Below are positions 21,335-32,956 of a DNA stretch of 64,000 nt, piece after piece. Each line of letters begins with the position of its first letter. The first letter of the stretch is position 1. The notes under the pieces were generated by a model. That model made no database searches, was not told the origin of the DNA, and was given only the letters and a program-made list of their open reading frames with translations. The translations under genes and the position numbers were made by a program. Source of the stretch: Calditrichia bacterium (GTDB taxonomy: Bacteria; Calditrichota; Calditrichia; JAJRVZ01); NCBI GenBank assembly GCA_963796965.1, contig CAWCNS010000005.1, forward strand, positions 608,001 to 672,000, written 5' to 3'.

Positions 21335-22168
21335 CTACATACCATAAAACGTGAGCGCATTACCACCAAGAACGGCATCAACCGCCTGGGGAGAAAGACC
21401 GTTTCTCTTTAGATAGTTAAAGACAATCTGATAAACCTGATCATATCCGGCTGCTAACGTGCAGACAGGCCAATCACTTCCATACATAACCCTCTCCCAC
21501 CCGAAGACCTCAAACACCTTATCTAAATAAGGATCAAAATCAGAATTTTTCCACTTTTGCCAATGGTTTTCCGTAACCATTCCTGATAGTTTACAATAAA
21601 CATTTGGAAGTTCAGCCAGATGCTTCATATCCCCTGCCCACGGTTGCAAGACACCTTCTTTAATCATAGGTTTAGCCATATGATCCAGGACAAACCGCTG
21701 TTCCGGGTATTTTTCTACCATCTTGCAGGCAATGCCTAAATGTCTGGGAAAAAGCAGCAGATCATACGTTAAATTGTAGTCGTGTAATTTGCTTATTCCT
21801 TCGAGAAAATGTTCTTTCAACATAAATTCATCATCCGCTTCGTCATGGAGAACATGACGAACGCCAGCAAATTTCTCAAATGTCGAGAATTTAATTAATT
21901 GGGAATCAACATCGGCAGCGCATAAGTCAACCCATCCAACCACAGCCTGGATAAAAGAGTGGTTTGCCGCAAGTTCGAGTAACCAGATGGTTTCTTCAAG
22001 GGTTTGTCGCGCCTGCACAGCGACCGTACCTTTAATTCCCAAATTCAGGGCAAGCGGGAGAAGATCATTGGGGGAAAAGTCTCTTTTTAGGATATCCATA
22101 TCCATGCCCATCCAGCCGTACTCTTCTGTGTTATATTTCCAAAAGTGCTGATGTGAGTCTATTTTCAT
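21335..22168 (-). CDS. Amidohydrolase_2 family, probable L-fuconolactonase
   Basis: IDSHQHFW, VVGWVDL, GVRH, VLDHMAKP, CKLSG, YGSDWPV; next to a fucose dehydrogenase-like gene. Confidence 0.8.
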   Translation of the reverse strand: MKIDSHQHFWKYNTEEYGWMGMDMDILKRDFSPNDLLPLALNLGIKGTVAVQARQTLEETIWLLELAANHSFIQAVVGWVDLCAADVDSQLIKFSTFEKFAGVRHVLHDEADDEFMLKEHFLEGISKLHDYNLTYDLLLFPRHLGIACKMVEKYPEQRFVLDHMAKPMIKEGVLQPWAGDMKHLAELPNVYCKLSGMVTENHWQKWKNSDFDPYLDKVFEVFGWERVMYGSDWPVCTLAAGYDQVYQIVFNYLKRNGLSPQAVDAVLGGNALTFYGM

Positions 22169-22210
22169 TCCACCTTGCCCGGGTATATGATGCTATTTTA
22201 TTTTTCTTTA

Positions 22211-22365
22211 GACAGGAGAACAGGATTAACAGGATTATATTCTTATTATAATGTTTTTGTATATAGATTCCGAATCAAGTTCGGAATGACAACAACGTCA
22301 TCCTGAATTTATTTCAGGATCTCACCCATTCTTTAAGAATGATATATTAATCCTGTCATCCTGTC
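22211..22365. repeat. Composite element: GACAGGAT-type inverted arrays around two GTCA/TGAC hairpins
   Basis: GACAGGAGAACAGGATTAACAGGATT ... AGATTCCGAATCAAGTTCGGAATGAC-aacaac-GTCATCCTGAATTTATTTCAGGATCT ... AATCCTGTCATCCTGTC. Confidence 0.85.
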
Positions 22366-22410
22366 AAAATTAAGAGAATAGGTGCTTGATGCGATATTTT
22401 TCCGATTCTG

Positions 22411-23457
22411 TCATGAATAGGGATAATCATAGGACACCAATCCCGTATCTTTCAATGCCGTCCAGAATTCACCGGGAATTTTTGCCTCTACAGATTTAAC
22501 ATTTGGTTGAATCCGTTCTGCGCGGCTTGTATTCAAAGCAATGCTGCAGACGCCAGGATGTGACAAACCGAATTGGACACAGGCCTCTGCTGGTATCACA
22601 TCATACTGATCGCAAAGTTTAAAGAATTTTTTACGCCAAATGAAATAGGGTTTATCCTCTTCCACATCCTTATTTAATAGGCGGTAATCGAAATATTTAC
22701 CCCCGGTTAAAAATCCGGCATGAAAAACGGCCGAATTAATTATGCTGATTCCTCTGTTTTCTAACTCATCCATGAGAGTAAGTAATTCCGGAGGATGAGA
22801 AAAAACAGTAAAACTAACAGCCAGCATTACCCAATCCAGATCTATCTTATTAATAATTTCAGGGATGACGGTCCAGTCTTTTACTCCAATACCCACTGCT
22901 TGTGTTTGGCCCTGTGTCTTTAATTCGATTAAGGACTCATAGGCACCAATGATATTTTTGAAATTTTGTTGTTTCTCATCTTTCGTTGAGGCCTGAGCCA
23001 AATATTCATCGGGATCATGAACCGATACTACTTGAGGGACATAAGGATCGCCTAAGAGTTCACAGCCCTGCTCCCAGCATTCTAATATACCCTTTTTACT
23101 TATTTTTTGTATGGCATCATGCTTAAGATCCATCCAGACACCTTTTTCAAATGTTGGCTCTGTGGTTTTAAGTGGTGTTCTTAACCAGCCTAACTTATTA
23201 CTGATGATTACATCATCAGGTGGAACTTCAAGGTCTTTAAGACACCGACCAACAACTTCCAGGGCAAGACCAGCGCCATATTTGCCTGCTGTGTCCAGAA
23301 CAGCCGGTTTATCGACCTGATTAAAAATCTCGCTGATTATACCAAGTTTTGTATCGTAATCTAAGGCCTGGTATAGATTGCCTAAACAACTGGTTCCGAA
23401 TATGATCGGTGGAACTTTCAATTTTGTTTTACCAAGAGGAGAAAAGATCATGGTCAT
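22411..23457 (-). CDS. Aldo/keto reductase, probable L-fucose (D-threo-aldose) 1-dehydrogenase
   Basis: FGTSCLGNLY, DTAGKYGAG, SNKLG, VHDPDE, VFHAGFL. Confidence 0.75.
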   Translation of the reverse strand: MTMIFSPLGKTKLKVPPIIFGTSCLGNLYQALDYDTKLGIISEIFNQVDKPAVLDTAGKYGAGLALEVVGRCLKDLEVPPDDVIISNKLGWLRTPLKTTEPTFEKGVWMDLKHDAIQKISKKGILECWEQGCELLGDPYVPQVVSVHDPDEYLAQASTKDEKQQNFKNIIGAYESLIELKTQGQTQAVGIGVKDWTVIPEIINKIDLDWVMLAVSFTVFSHPPELLTLMDELENRGISIINSAVFHAGFLTGGKYFDYRLLNKDVEEDKPYFIWRKKFFKLCDQYDVIPAEACVQFGLSHPGVCSIALNTSRAERIQPNVKSVEAKIPGEFWTALKDTGLVSYDYPYS

Positions 23458-23504
23458 TTCCAGTTTGGAATTAGCGTTTAATCTCTCAGATTATAAGTAT
23501 TAGA

Positions 23505-23676
23505 ATTACCACCCCCTCCGTACCCCTCCGTACTAAGGAGGGGGATTATGGGGGAGGTAATTAAAAATTGAAAAAAATATTATCCACGAATTAAGACAAA
23601 TTCATTTATTCTTTGAACATCAAACTATATCTATTCAGTTTTATATTAATTAGTGAAAATTCGTGAAATCCGTGGA
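23505..23676. repeat. CCCCTCC/GGAGGGG hairpin plus TCCACGAAT inverted arrays
   Basis: AATTACC..CCCCTCC..GGAGGGGG..GGTAATT; TCCACGAATT (23583) with inverse ATTCGTGAAATCCGTGGA ending at 23676. Confidence 0.7.
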
Positions 23677-23681
23677 CCTAT

Positions 23682-26369
23682 TCACTCTTTCACCGTAACA
23701 AATCCTCTTAATCGAATATCCACAGATGACGAGCCAATCATGATCCTGAAATCACCTGGTTCAACGATCCGGTTCAGATCCCTATCGAGCATCGTTAGCA
23801 TTTCTGGTTTAATCTCAAACATTAACTTTTGGCTCTCTCCTGAATTCAGATGAATCCGCTGGAAACCTTTTAATTCTTTTAAGGGCCTGGCCACAGAAGA
23901 AAGCACATCCCTGATATACAATTGTACGACCTCATCGCCGGCCAATTTCCCCGTATTTTCTAAGATAAAAGCTGAGGACTGTACTTTCATCCGATCCAAC
24001 AATTGTCTTTTCAATCTTCAGATCACTATAGTTAAATGTTGTATAACTTCTGCCAAATCCAAAGGGAAAAAGAGGTTTGCCTGTCAGATTAAGATAATCA
24101 TCTCCACGACCAGTGGGTTTGTGATTATAGTAAAGAGGTAGTTGTGATTCATGAACGGGAAAGGTAATGGGTAATCGTCCGGCAGGATTATATTCGCCAA
24201 ACAGGACCTCCGCGACGGCATCACCCCCGGCTTCTCCCGGATACCACACATCAAGGATAGCATCCGCATTATCGATCCAGCTGCGCATCGTGATAGCGCT
24301 TCCACCCACCAGGACGACTATCACCGGGGTACCGGTCTCTGAGACTCGTTGAATCATTTCTTCCTGATGACCGGGAAGATTCAGATAGGCGCGATCCTGG
24401 AACTCACCTTCTTCAATACCGGCAACAATCACAGCCACGTCACTTTTTTGTGCTATATTTACAGATTTCTCTATATCATCCATCCAGGAATTCTTTACTC
24501 CAAAATCCCAAATCAATTTCAATCTGGCATCACCAGCACTCTCGAAAAACTCCAATCGGATAGAGTAATCCTCGCCTTTTTGGAAATTAACGGGTATCGT
24601 GTTTCTTCCAAATGATGTCTTTTGCCAATTATCGATTATCAATTGATCATCGATATATAATCTATATCCATCATTTCCCTCAATCCCAATAGATATCTCG
24701 CCTGATTCAGGAGCAATTAATGATCCCTCCCACCGCGCAGAATACCAATCATAATTTATAATCTCCGGATGAGGAGAAAAAAGTGTCCAACCAAAACTTA
24801 TATACGGGTCAATGCGCACCAGATCTGGTTCACCATCCATGGTTATATTATTATAGTAGGAACCAAGTAAGCCCACTTTTTTTTGACCACTCTCCCTATG
24901 AAATAGATATTTAGAAGGAACGGTGACAAACCCAATGCTCTCCCGGCCACACCCTTTCTCGTAGGTAAGTTTAACAGAACTGCCCACAATATTTTTAATA
25001 CCAGCCAATATGCTGATCTTGTCGATTCCGGGGCCGCTATACCCACCAAGCCGGGCCTCAACAGCATCGGGACCAATAAGAGCAATTTTCTTTAGACGGT
25101 TTTTGTTAAGAGGGAGCACATTATCAGCATTCTTTAAGAGCACCATAGATGCCAATGCTGTTTGTTTGGCCAACTGTCGATGGTCTGCATGCCCGTTCCA
25201 TTTAGCCGCTTCGTCAGAATCCACATAAGGATTCTCGAATAATCCTAGTTTGAATTTAGCCCGCAATACGCGCCGGACCGCCTGATCAATCTTTTTTGGA
25301 TCAATCATTCCGGATTCAAAGGCTTTGTAGAATAAGGGATAATGTGAATACGAGGTTTGAAAGATCACATCCAGACCGTTTTCTATCGCATTTTTTGTTG
25401 ATTCTGCATAATCGGCCGCTGTAAAATGTAATACATTTGCACCGCCTGTGGCCCCGGCATCAGAGATTACAAATCCTTTAAATCCCCATTCTTCTTTTAA
25501 TTTTTTATTGAGTAGCCAATCATTTGCCGTACAGGGACTTCCATCCAGACGAATTATAAGATGTCATGACTGACCAGGCATGGGCCTTCTGAAACACCGC
25601 TTTATAAGCGGGGAAATAAATCTCCTCCAAGCAATCTCTCATTAAAGTGGATGGGATAACTGTCCCGTCCGCCATCACCCACATTGGCAACAAAGTGTTT
25701 TGGTGTCGTTATAATTCCTTTTTCCTCAAACTGGCTGATAAAAGCAACACCCATTTGTGTAGTTAAAAAAGGATCTTCACCATAGGTTTCTTCTACACGC
25801 CCCCAGCGCACATCACGGGCAATATTCAACACTGGCGATAAGATCTGTCTGATTCCCCTGCTTCCCGTTTCTTTGGCAATGGCCTCTCCAACTTTTCCAA
25901 CTAAATCAACATCCCAGGTGGCAGCCAAGGCGATTGATTGAGGAAAAGCAGTGGCCCCATCTCGCACCAATCCATGCAGGGCTTCATCAAAGGCAATAAT
26001 GGGAATCCCCAGGCGGGTTTCCTCAACAAAATATCGCTGGACATCATTGATCTTTTCAGCAACTGCTTTGGCTGTTCCTGATGAACCATATTGTAGTATC
26101 TGTTCAGCCGCATTTTCAGATGAACCTATCGTGGCAACCTGAAAACCAAATATGCCATTTTTATAACGCTCTTTACCATCGCTCAAGTCGCCTGGAATCA
26201 TAAACAATTGCCAAAACTTCTCTTCAAGCGTCATCCGCCCTAACAAATCATCCACTCTCTCCTCTATTGGTAGATCAGGATTTTTATAGGCTGGATAATT
26301 TGTCTGAGCAAAAAGAATTTGAGCAAAAAAAGATGCCACAAATAATAATATAATTGATAGATTTTTCAT
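23682..26369 (-). CDS. GH3 beta-glycosidase with PA14 and FN3-like domains (three frameshifts near 25630, 25550, 23970)
   Basis: EALHG, RDVRWGRVEETYGEDP, KHF, ISDAGA nucleophile region read in the gap, PA14 GNDGYRL, GDEVVQLY. Confidence 0.85.
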
Positions 26370-26461
26370 TTGTTGTCCCTATCTGTTTTTAGCCCTTGAG
26401 ATCATCGTACTCGTTCTTCAGGCGATGGATAGCCTCAGGCCACATAGATAAAAAAAGATTT

Positions 26462-26554
26462 ACCACAAAGATCACTAAGAAGGCACAAAGTGCTCAAAGA
26501 AAAAATCTTAATAAAACTTTGTGATCTTTTTGACTTCTTGGTGTACTTAGTGGT
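26462..26554. repeat. ACCACAAAG-type inverted nonamer arrays
   Basis: ACCACAAAGATCACTAAGAAGGCACAAAGTGCTCAAAG ... CTTTGTGATCTTTTTGACTTCTTGGTGTACTTAGTGGT. Confidence 0.7.
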
Positions 26555-26747
26555 TAAAAATCGTTTAGGCAATTATGAATATCATAAGAAAACAGACAAC
26601 GTTTATATAAATAATTTAATTATTACTTTTTCTATTACTCAAAAAAGGTGCTGCAGAATAAAATAATCAAAGATTATTAATACTACTTTCAAATCCCTAA
26701 TACCAATACTAAATTACCATCATTAACTTATCTCTATTATTATTCAA

Positions 26748-28744
26748 TTATTTCTGCATCAACATCTTTTTTATTTTTATATCATTCTCGGTTTTCAATT
26801 TATAGAGATATATTCCTGTTGAAACTGGAAAACCTGCTTCATTTCTACCATCCCACATCACCTGGTACGAACCAGCTGGCAAATAATCGTCAACTAATGA
26901 TTTCACCTTTTGGCCTAGAATATTGTATATCTTCAGACTAACATACCCAGCAGGAATACTGTATTTTATAGTCGTGTTTGGATTAAAAGGATTAGGATAA
27001 TTCTGCACTAATTTAAACCCATTGGGGAAAGGCGATTTTAAGTTAATACCTGTTGGCAATTCAGATAGATTAAAATCTCTGTAAATGATGAGCACGGGTT
27101 CTGTCGATTCTTTTCTGATCGGAACGGGAAATTGCCCCTCAACAGCAGGCCATCCGTGAATATAATTATCCTCATAGACATCAATATAATTCAAATTTCT
27201 GTCAGATCCGGGAAAACCGTCTTCGTAATACATGATGTGAACTTTATTATCAATTACATCCCTGTAAACAGAAACTTCACTTTCGTCTCTATCAGGTGTA
27301 TTGGTGATGTTGAATGGTGCAGACCAGTTTACCCCGTCATTACTTACAGATATTTTTATATCCTTCATGTATGCATAATAGTGATATGAGAGGGCCCTGT
27401 CTGTATCAACAAGTTGAGAAATATCACCTTGCATTTCTTCCCAGACACAAACCATCCATGGTTCACTTGGTTGGCGATTTTTATTTATCAAAAAATCGAT
27501 ATTTGCAATCGGTCCGTCATTCAGAGATTTTCCCCAGGTTGCGGCACTGCTATCATAAATCCCATGATTGTACCATTTATATATTTCTCCAGGTTTGGGA
27601 TATTCACATTCAGCCAGGAGTATATGCGTTTTTTTTATAGAATTCCAACAACGTAACTGCGGCTTCGGGTGTTCACTGCCGTCATAAAATACGGCATTTG
27701 TATCGCCAGCCGTTGCACTGTAGGTAGCCCACCAATTATCCCATGGAAGAGAAAGAGATGTATCAATATAAACATCTTGATAAGTGGCGTCATAAACCAC
27801 ATGAAGGTTGTTGTTTTCATCATAACATACCTGAATCTCCGTATAAGGTTTGGGATCATTGTTAGGAATATTCGCACCATTTTCTGATTTAGTGGTATCA
27901 AAAAGCGAAATGACAGAACCGTTTGCCAGGCCTTCATAAAAATCGTCCTCCCAAATCATTCCCTGCAAATAGCCTTTATGTAAAAAAATATTACATGCTG
28001 GATGAAGTGTGGCAATTGTGACTTCTTCACCATCATTGGAGATCGTCAAATCAGACTCCCTTTGTTGCATTTCTGCGGTATTTTGCGGGCAAATTTTTTC
28101 CTTCAACGCCATTATCGAGATTTCGATAAAACATTTGTACAGGATCACTATAATTCGTCCCATCAAATCTGATGTATGTGACAGCCTCGCCCCCTGGATT
28201 GGTAAAGATGCAGTGGGCAATTCCATGGTAATTGTCAATTTCAATCTCAATTGGATTAACGTAACTTGAATAATCAGAATAGACCGGCTCCCAGTAATAA
28301 TTAAGCGGCACAATAGTATTCCCATCCTCACTTAACTTCGCCCAGGACATCTCATGCAGTGACGGCCCATATCCATAAAAGACTACTCCCGACTCCATAA
28401 TAGAAATAGACTGGTGTATTATTCTGTCCCCCATCCATATAAACCACTCCCGGTTGAATAACTGCAGTGGGATTTTGGGAGGGAATAGGAATTTTAATTC
28501 CTTCGCTCACATTTGCATACATCACCTGCCAGCCGGTATCATTTTCCGTGCACCAGGTTTTATTATAACATACATGTGATTTGTTGTTCTCATCTATAAC
28601 TATTTGCTGCCCAAAACTTCCGGTATACCAATAGTTTTGAAAATCCAAACCCGTTGTGTCAACAGTGACGGGTTCGGAGGCAATGAGATTACCACTCAAA
28701 ACTAAAACACTAAGTTTAATTAAAATCCAAATAAAACTTTTCAT
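26748..28744 (-). CDS. Secreted protein with C-terminal QNYPNPFNP (T9SS-like/FlgD Ig) domain (two frameshifts)
   Basis: Three consecutive ORFs; signal peptide; tail QNYPNPFNPNTTIKY...WDGRN..G..VSTGIYLY. Confidence 0.7.
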
Positions 28745-28765
28745 AGCATTATACCTTAAACATAG

Positions 28766-28793
28766 GTAGTGGTCCTTCGCGAAAGGCCACTAC
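28766..28793. repeat. GTAG-type REP-like hairpin 15 nt downstream of the GH29 stop
   Basis: GTAGTGG-tccttcgcgaaagg-CCACTAC. Confidence 0.65.
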
Positions 28794-28808
28794 GGGAGGT
28801 ATATTTTC

Positions 28809-31001
28809 TCATTTAATCTCAATTTCATCCACAAACAGCCAGGCCGGGCCTCCGGCCCCTTTATGCCATTCCGGACAGGTTTCCACATTTTTCAGATTAA
28901 TTTTCACATATCTGGCCTGCATAGCTGAAAAACTTGTTTTGATATCTTTTATCATGCTGTCATCATGGTCTTTGATATCAAAATTCAAACTTTCAACCTC
29001 ACGGTAGATCTTCCCATCCATCGAAATCTGCAACTTGACCTCTTCAGGTAGAAATATCCATGCATTTTGATTGCTCAGACAGCCAATAGAAATCTCACTA
29101 ATATCCTTTACTTTACCCAAATCAATAATTGCTTCAAAATCGACGCCCTCAAATCCCAGCCATTGACCATCCTGATTATTGATTGAACCCCGAATCTCAT
29201 CAGCCAAACTGATCACGCCTTTAGCCTGATAGCGATCTTTCGGATCATGTGCCAAGGTGATATCTGCATATTTTGTCACCACTGTAATATTTTCTGAGAC
29301 CCGTTTACTGTCATCAAGCCCATTTTTAAAGGCCTTAATTTTAATAAGAGATGATTTTTTTATAGGAATTGGCCCCTTATATAGTTGAGATTTTTCTGTG
29401 GGTCTTGAACCATCCAGCGTGTAGAATATTTTTGCTCCCTTGGTTGGACAGGTTAAAGTCACCACAGGTTTACGTTTTAGATCAAAATATTTTATATCGA
29501 GGACAGGTGCACGGACATAATCATTCACACCTGAGATCTCAAAGGCATACGCATACTGCTTCTCAGGTCCCAGACTGTTAGGATTAAAGGCTGGCAGATC
29601 AATTAGCATATCCCCGTTACTATTTTTCCAGGTGAGATCTTCTCCTGTGGCTAAGAATTTTACTTTTGTGTCAGATTTTGCCTCAAAATCTCCTATTTTA
29701 AGTATCTCTCCGGGCCAACGTGGTGTAATCGCATATAGATTGCCATTTTTTGATGTGAAAAATATTTCCTTAACCGCGTAACCCGGCTCCGGATCAACCG
29801 TTTGTTTCAGGATATAATCACCACTCAGATAATGTTGACCCTCAGGTTTGTAATTTCTATCTCCACCCGACCATTGGACGGTTCTTTTCCATTTCCGTGT
29901 ACCATAAATGGCTTCACCATAGGTATCGAGCCAGTGTCCCATTTGGAGAAGACGTTCCTGCATGATGACCGGAATCCTTCCTCTGGCATCTGGACCGATA
30001 TCTAGCAATAAATTCCCCCCATTGCTCACAATATCAATAAGCATCAGGATTAACGTTTGCGGGGAATTATAATCCTGGGCATCCTCATTTCTATTATATC
30101 CAAAGGAGAATCCCATTCCCCGGCATTCCTCCCAGGGCCTGTCAAACTCAGCCGAAGATTCGTATTCGGTTGTAAAATACCCACCATGTTTTTTTCGGAC
30201 CCCAGCTCCCCAGCGGTCATTGATTACAATTGTATTCTTCACCGGTGATTCATTAAATAACCATGCCATTAATTCCGGTGTCTGCCATTTCTCTGCCGGC
30301 AAATCCCATTCGCCATCTCCCCAGATGATGTCCGGCTTATAACGTATGATTAAATCCTTGAATTGGGGGTGAAAATGATCTTTGACAAATCGTTCCTTAT
30401 CATTTTGCCACCAGGGATGAAACCATTCATATAAAGAATAATAGAATCCGACTTTCATATCTGACTTGCGCATGGCTTTGGTAAGTTCCCCCACAATATC
30501 TCTTTTTGCACCCACCTCCATACTGTTCCAGGGAAATCCACGGTCATTGGCTTCCTTACTTGGCCACATACAAAAACCATCATGGTGTTTGGTGGTAGTA
30601 ACCACATATTTTGCTCCAGATTTTTCGAACAAGACAACCCAGGCATCCGGATCAAATAAATCATTGGTAAAGGATTCAGCAAATTTATAATAAGAAAAAT
30701 CTTCACCATAAGTTTTAACATGAAAATCATAAACTTCTGATCCGCTAAAATCCCCATTTCCAAACAAGGATTTTGTTTGCAGCCAATATTGATACCATTC
30801 AGAGTAGGTACCCTTTGGCGTCCACGCCGGAACTGAATAAGGCCCCCAGTGAATAAATATTCCGAACTTGGCATCTTCAAACCAGGGCGCCACAGGTCGC
30901 TGATCCAGAGATTCCCAGTTCGGCTCGTACGTTTTTTGCTGTCCAAAGCCTATCTGCGCCATGATCAGTAAACCTGTTATTACAATCATCCAATTCTTCA
31001 T
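28809..31001 (-). CDS. GH29 alpha-L-fucosidase with FN3-associated and F5/8 type C domains
   Basis: WFEDAKFGIFIHWG, KHHDGF, WGDGEW, INDRWG, IFYTLDGS, AWLFVDEI. Confidence 0.9.
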   Translation of the reverse strand: MKNWMIVITGLLIMAQIGFGQQKTYEPNWESLDQRPVAPWFEDAKFGIFIHWGPYSVPAWTPKGTYSEWYQYWLQTKSLFGNGDFSGSEVYDFHVKTYGEDFSYYKFAESFTNDLFDPDAWVVLFEKSGAKYVVTTTKHHDGFCMWPSKEANDRGFPWNSMEVGAKRDIVGELTKAMRKSDMKVGFYYSLYEWFHPWWQNDKERFVKDHFHPQFKDLIIRYKPDIIWGDGEWDLPAEKWQTPELMAWLFNESPVKNTIVINDRWGAGVRKKHGGYFTTEYESSAEFDRPWEECRGMGFSFGYNRNEDAQDYNSPQTLILMLIDIVSNGGNLLLDIGPDARGRIPVIMQERLLQMGHWLDTYGEAIYGTRKWKRTVQWSGGDRNYKPEGQHYLSGDYILKQTVDPEPGYAVKEIFFTSKNGNLYAITPRWPGEILKIGDFEAKSDTKVKFLATGEDLTWKNSNGDMLIDLPAFNPNSLGPEKQYAYAFEISGVNDYVRAPVLDIKYFDLKRKPVVTLTCPTKGAKIFYTLDGSRPTEKSQLYKGPIPIKKSSLIKIKAFKNGLDDSKRVSENITVVTKYADITLAHDPKDRYQAKGVISLADEIRGSINNQDGQWLGFEGVDFEAIIDLGKVKDISEISIGCLSNQNAWIFLPEEVKLQISMDGKIYREVESLNFDIKDHDDSMIKDIKTSFSAMQARYVKINLKNVETCPEWHKGAGGPAWLFVDEIEIK

Positions 31002-31037
31002 AGTGTGATTATTCCTATGTTAACCAAGTAAGATTTT

Positions 31038-31292
31038 TCGCGCAGCGACGCAGAGCCGCAGAGAAAATAAGTCCACGAATTTCACTAATGAACACTCTAT
31101 AAAATTAATTTAGAATGTCATCCTGAATCCTGACCTATCGTCAAGACAGGTTTATTTCTCCAAAGGAGTCCTTCGGACAGGATCTTCTCCTAAGATTCAT
31201 ATAGATGCCGAAATAAATTCGGCATTACATATGGCCTGGTGTCGTTTGAGTATCATTTTTTCTCTGCGTCTTGGCGGCTCTGCGAGAGAAAA
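31038..31292. repeat. Composite nested element: octamer inverted arms with an interrupted internal hairpin
   Basis: CGCAGCGACGCAGAGCCGCAGAGAAAA ... TTTTTCTCTGCGTCTTGGCGGCTCTGCGAGAG; inside are TCCACGAATTTCACTAAT, a split GTCATCCTGAA..AGGATCT and AGATGCCGAAATAAATTCGGCAT. Confidence 0.85.
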
Positions 31293-31308
31293 GAAAGTCA
31301 GCACATAT

Positions 31309-32838
31309 CTAATTCCCTTGGTTTAATGCCTCATCAGGATATTCAACTGTTTTCCCCGATCGTTTATCAACAGGCATTAATGCCTCGCTCTCTCGAAGAT
31401 GAGTCGATAAGATTTTGGCAAGTTCCCTCAATTTTTTCGGGTTCACTTCAGCCAAATTATTCCGCTCACCTATATCTTCTTCCAAATTGAATAACTCCAG
31501 TTTTCTATCCACATGATGATAGATCAATTTCCAATCCCCTTTTCGGATAGAACTATAAGGAGGTTGATCATAGGTATGGGGAAAATGCCAGAATATGGGT
31601 CTCTGCTGATTAGAATCTTTACATGCTGACAGAAACGGCACAAAACTCTGTCCGTCTATCACGCCACCCACCTGGCTGTAAGTGTCAACACCAGCCATCT
31701 CCAGAAAACTGGGAAATATATCCTCTATAATGACATAGTCGGAGCATACGGAATTCGCCCTGGTTTTACCCGGCCATTTTATCAGCATAGGGACACGTAC
31801 ACCACCCTCATAGGGCGTTAGTTTATGACCTCTTAAAGGTCTGTTCCTTGTTGCTTGACTGGGTTGACCATTATCAGACATAAAAACGACTATCGTGTTT
31901 TTTTCAATGCCAAGCCGTTTCAGCGTCATCATCAAGTCACCGAGAGATTTATCCATTCCTTCGATCATCGCAGCATAGGTCGCGTTAAACTTATTCAATC
32001 CTGCATCCAGATATTTTTTATAATAGCGATCATCAATTTCCCATGGGGCATGGATCGCGTAATGGGACATGTAAAGGTAAAAAGGTTTTTCCATGGCAAC
32101 GGCTTCTTCAACAGCGTCAATGGCTTCAATCGTTAACGCTTCCGTAAGAAAAATATCCTTGCCATGGTATTTTTCCAATCCGGGAACATCCCAGATAAGA
32201 TCGGCATTACGCCAGGCGGCGCTAAAATTATTCTTGCCAAGATAACTACCCGGACCACCCGGCGCATGTCCGGCAATATTCACATCAAATCCCAGGTTTA
32301 AGGGATTTTCTCCTGGTGTACCTTTTGATCCAAAATGGGCTTTACCCACATGAATGGTCCGATAACCGGATTTTCTTAAGATATTTGGAAGGGTTTCAAC
32401 CACGATGGTTTTTTCAGTTCCGGGAATTTGGCTCATACCATTAAGATTCCAGGCAGGTGGCTGAATTATCGGATCCTCCCAATCCGGGGATTTGTCTTTG
32501 CGGAGGGTCCAGTTGGTTACTTTATGCCGGGCTGCATTTAAACCCGTCATCAAACTGATACGAGAAGGAGAACATAGAGCACAAGCATAGGCCTGGGTAA
32601 ATTTAACACCCTGACGGGCCAGGTTTTCCATATTAGGTGTATGATAAACTCTATTCAATTCTGTGGTATCCTTATAGAAAGGAACCGAGGTATCCTGCCA
32701 GCCCATATCATCAATAAAAAAGAATATGATGTTTGGCTGCTCTTCCTTAGCCGTACTACATGAACTAAAAACGGCAACAATGCCTAATATTGATAATACA
32801 ATTCCTATGGATCTTATTATTTCATATTTTGAATTCAT
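31309..32838 (-). CDS. Cys-type sulfatase, lipoprotein
   Basis: IDDMGW, CSPSR, GKAHFG, SHYAIHAP, SDNG, YEGGVRVP. Confidence 0.9.
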   Translation of the reverse strand: MNSKYEIIRSIGIVLSILGIVAVFSSCSTAKEEQPNIIFFFIDDMGWQDTSVPFYKDTTELNRVYHTPNMENLARQGVKFTQAYACALCSPSRISLMTGLNAARHKVTNWTLRKDKSPDWEDPIIQPPAWNLNGMSQIPGTEKTIVVETLPNILRKSGYRTIHVGKAHFGSKGTPGENPLNLGFDVNIAGHAPGGPGSYLGKNNFSAAWRNADLIWDVPGLEKYHGKDIFLTEALTIEAIDAVEEAVAMEKPFYLYMSHYAIHAPWEIDDRYYKKYLDAGLNKFNATYAAMIEGMDKSLGDLMMTLKRLGIEKNTIVVFMSDNGQPSQATRNRPLRGHKLTPYEGGVRVPMLIKWPGKTRANSVCSDYVIIEDIFPSFLEMAGVDTYSQVGGVIDGQSFVPFLSACKDSNQQRPIFWHFPHTYDQPPYSSIRKGDWKLIYHHVDRKLELFNLEEDIGERNNLAEVNPKKLRELAKILSTHLRESEALMPVDKRSGKTVEYPDEALNQGN

Positions 32839-32956
32839 TAAAATCCCCTAACAGACCAGTTGACACATTTAAATAACCACAGGCAGCCTACGGTTCACCC
32901 AATGGATGAACGACAGCCTCAATCCATTCAAATTTACTTAGATATAAAAGTTGATT

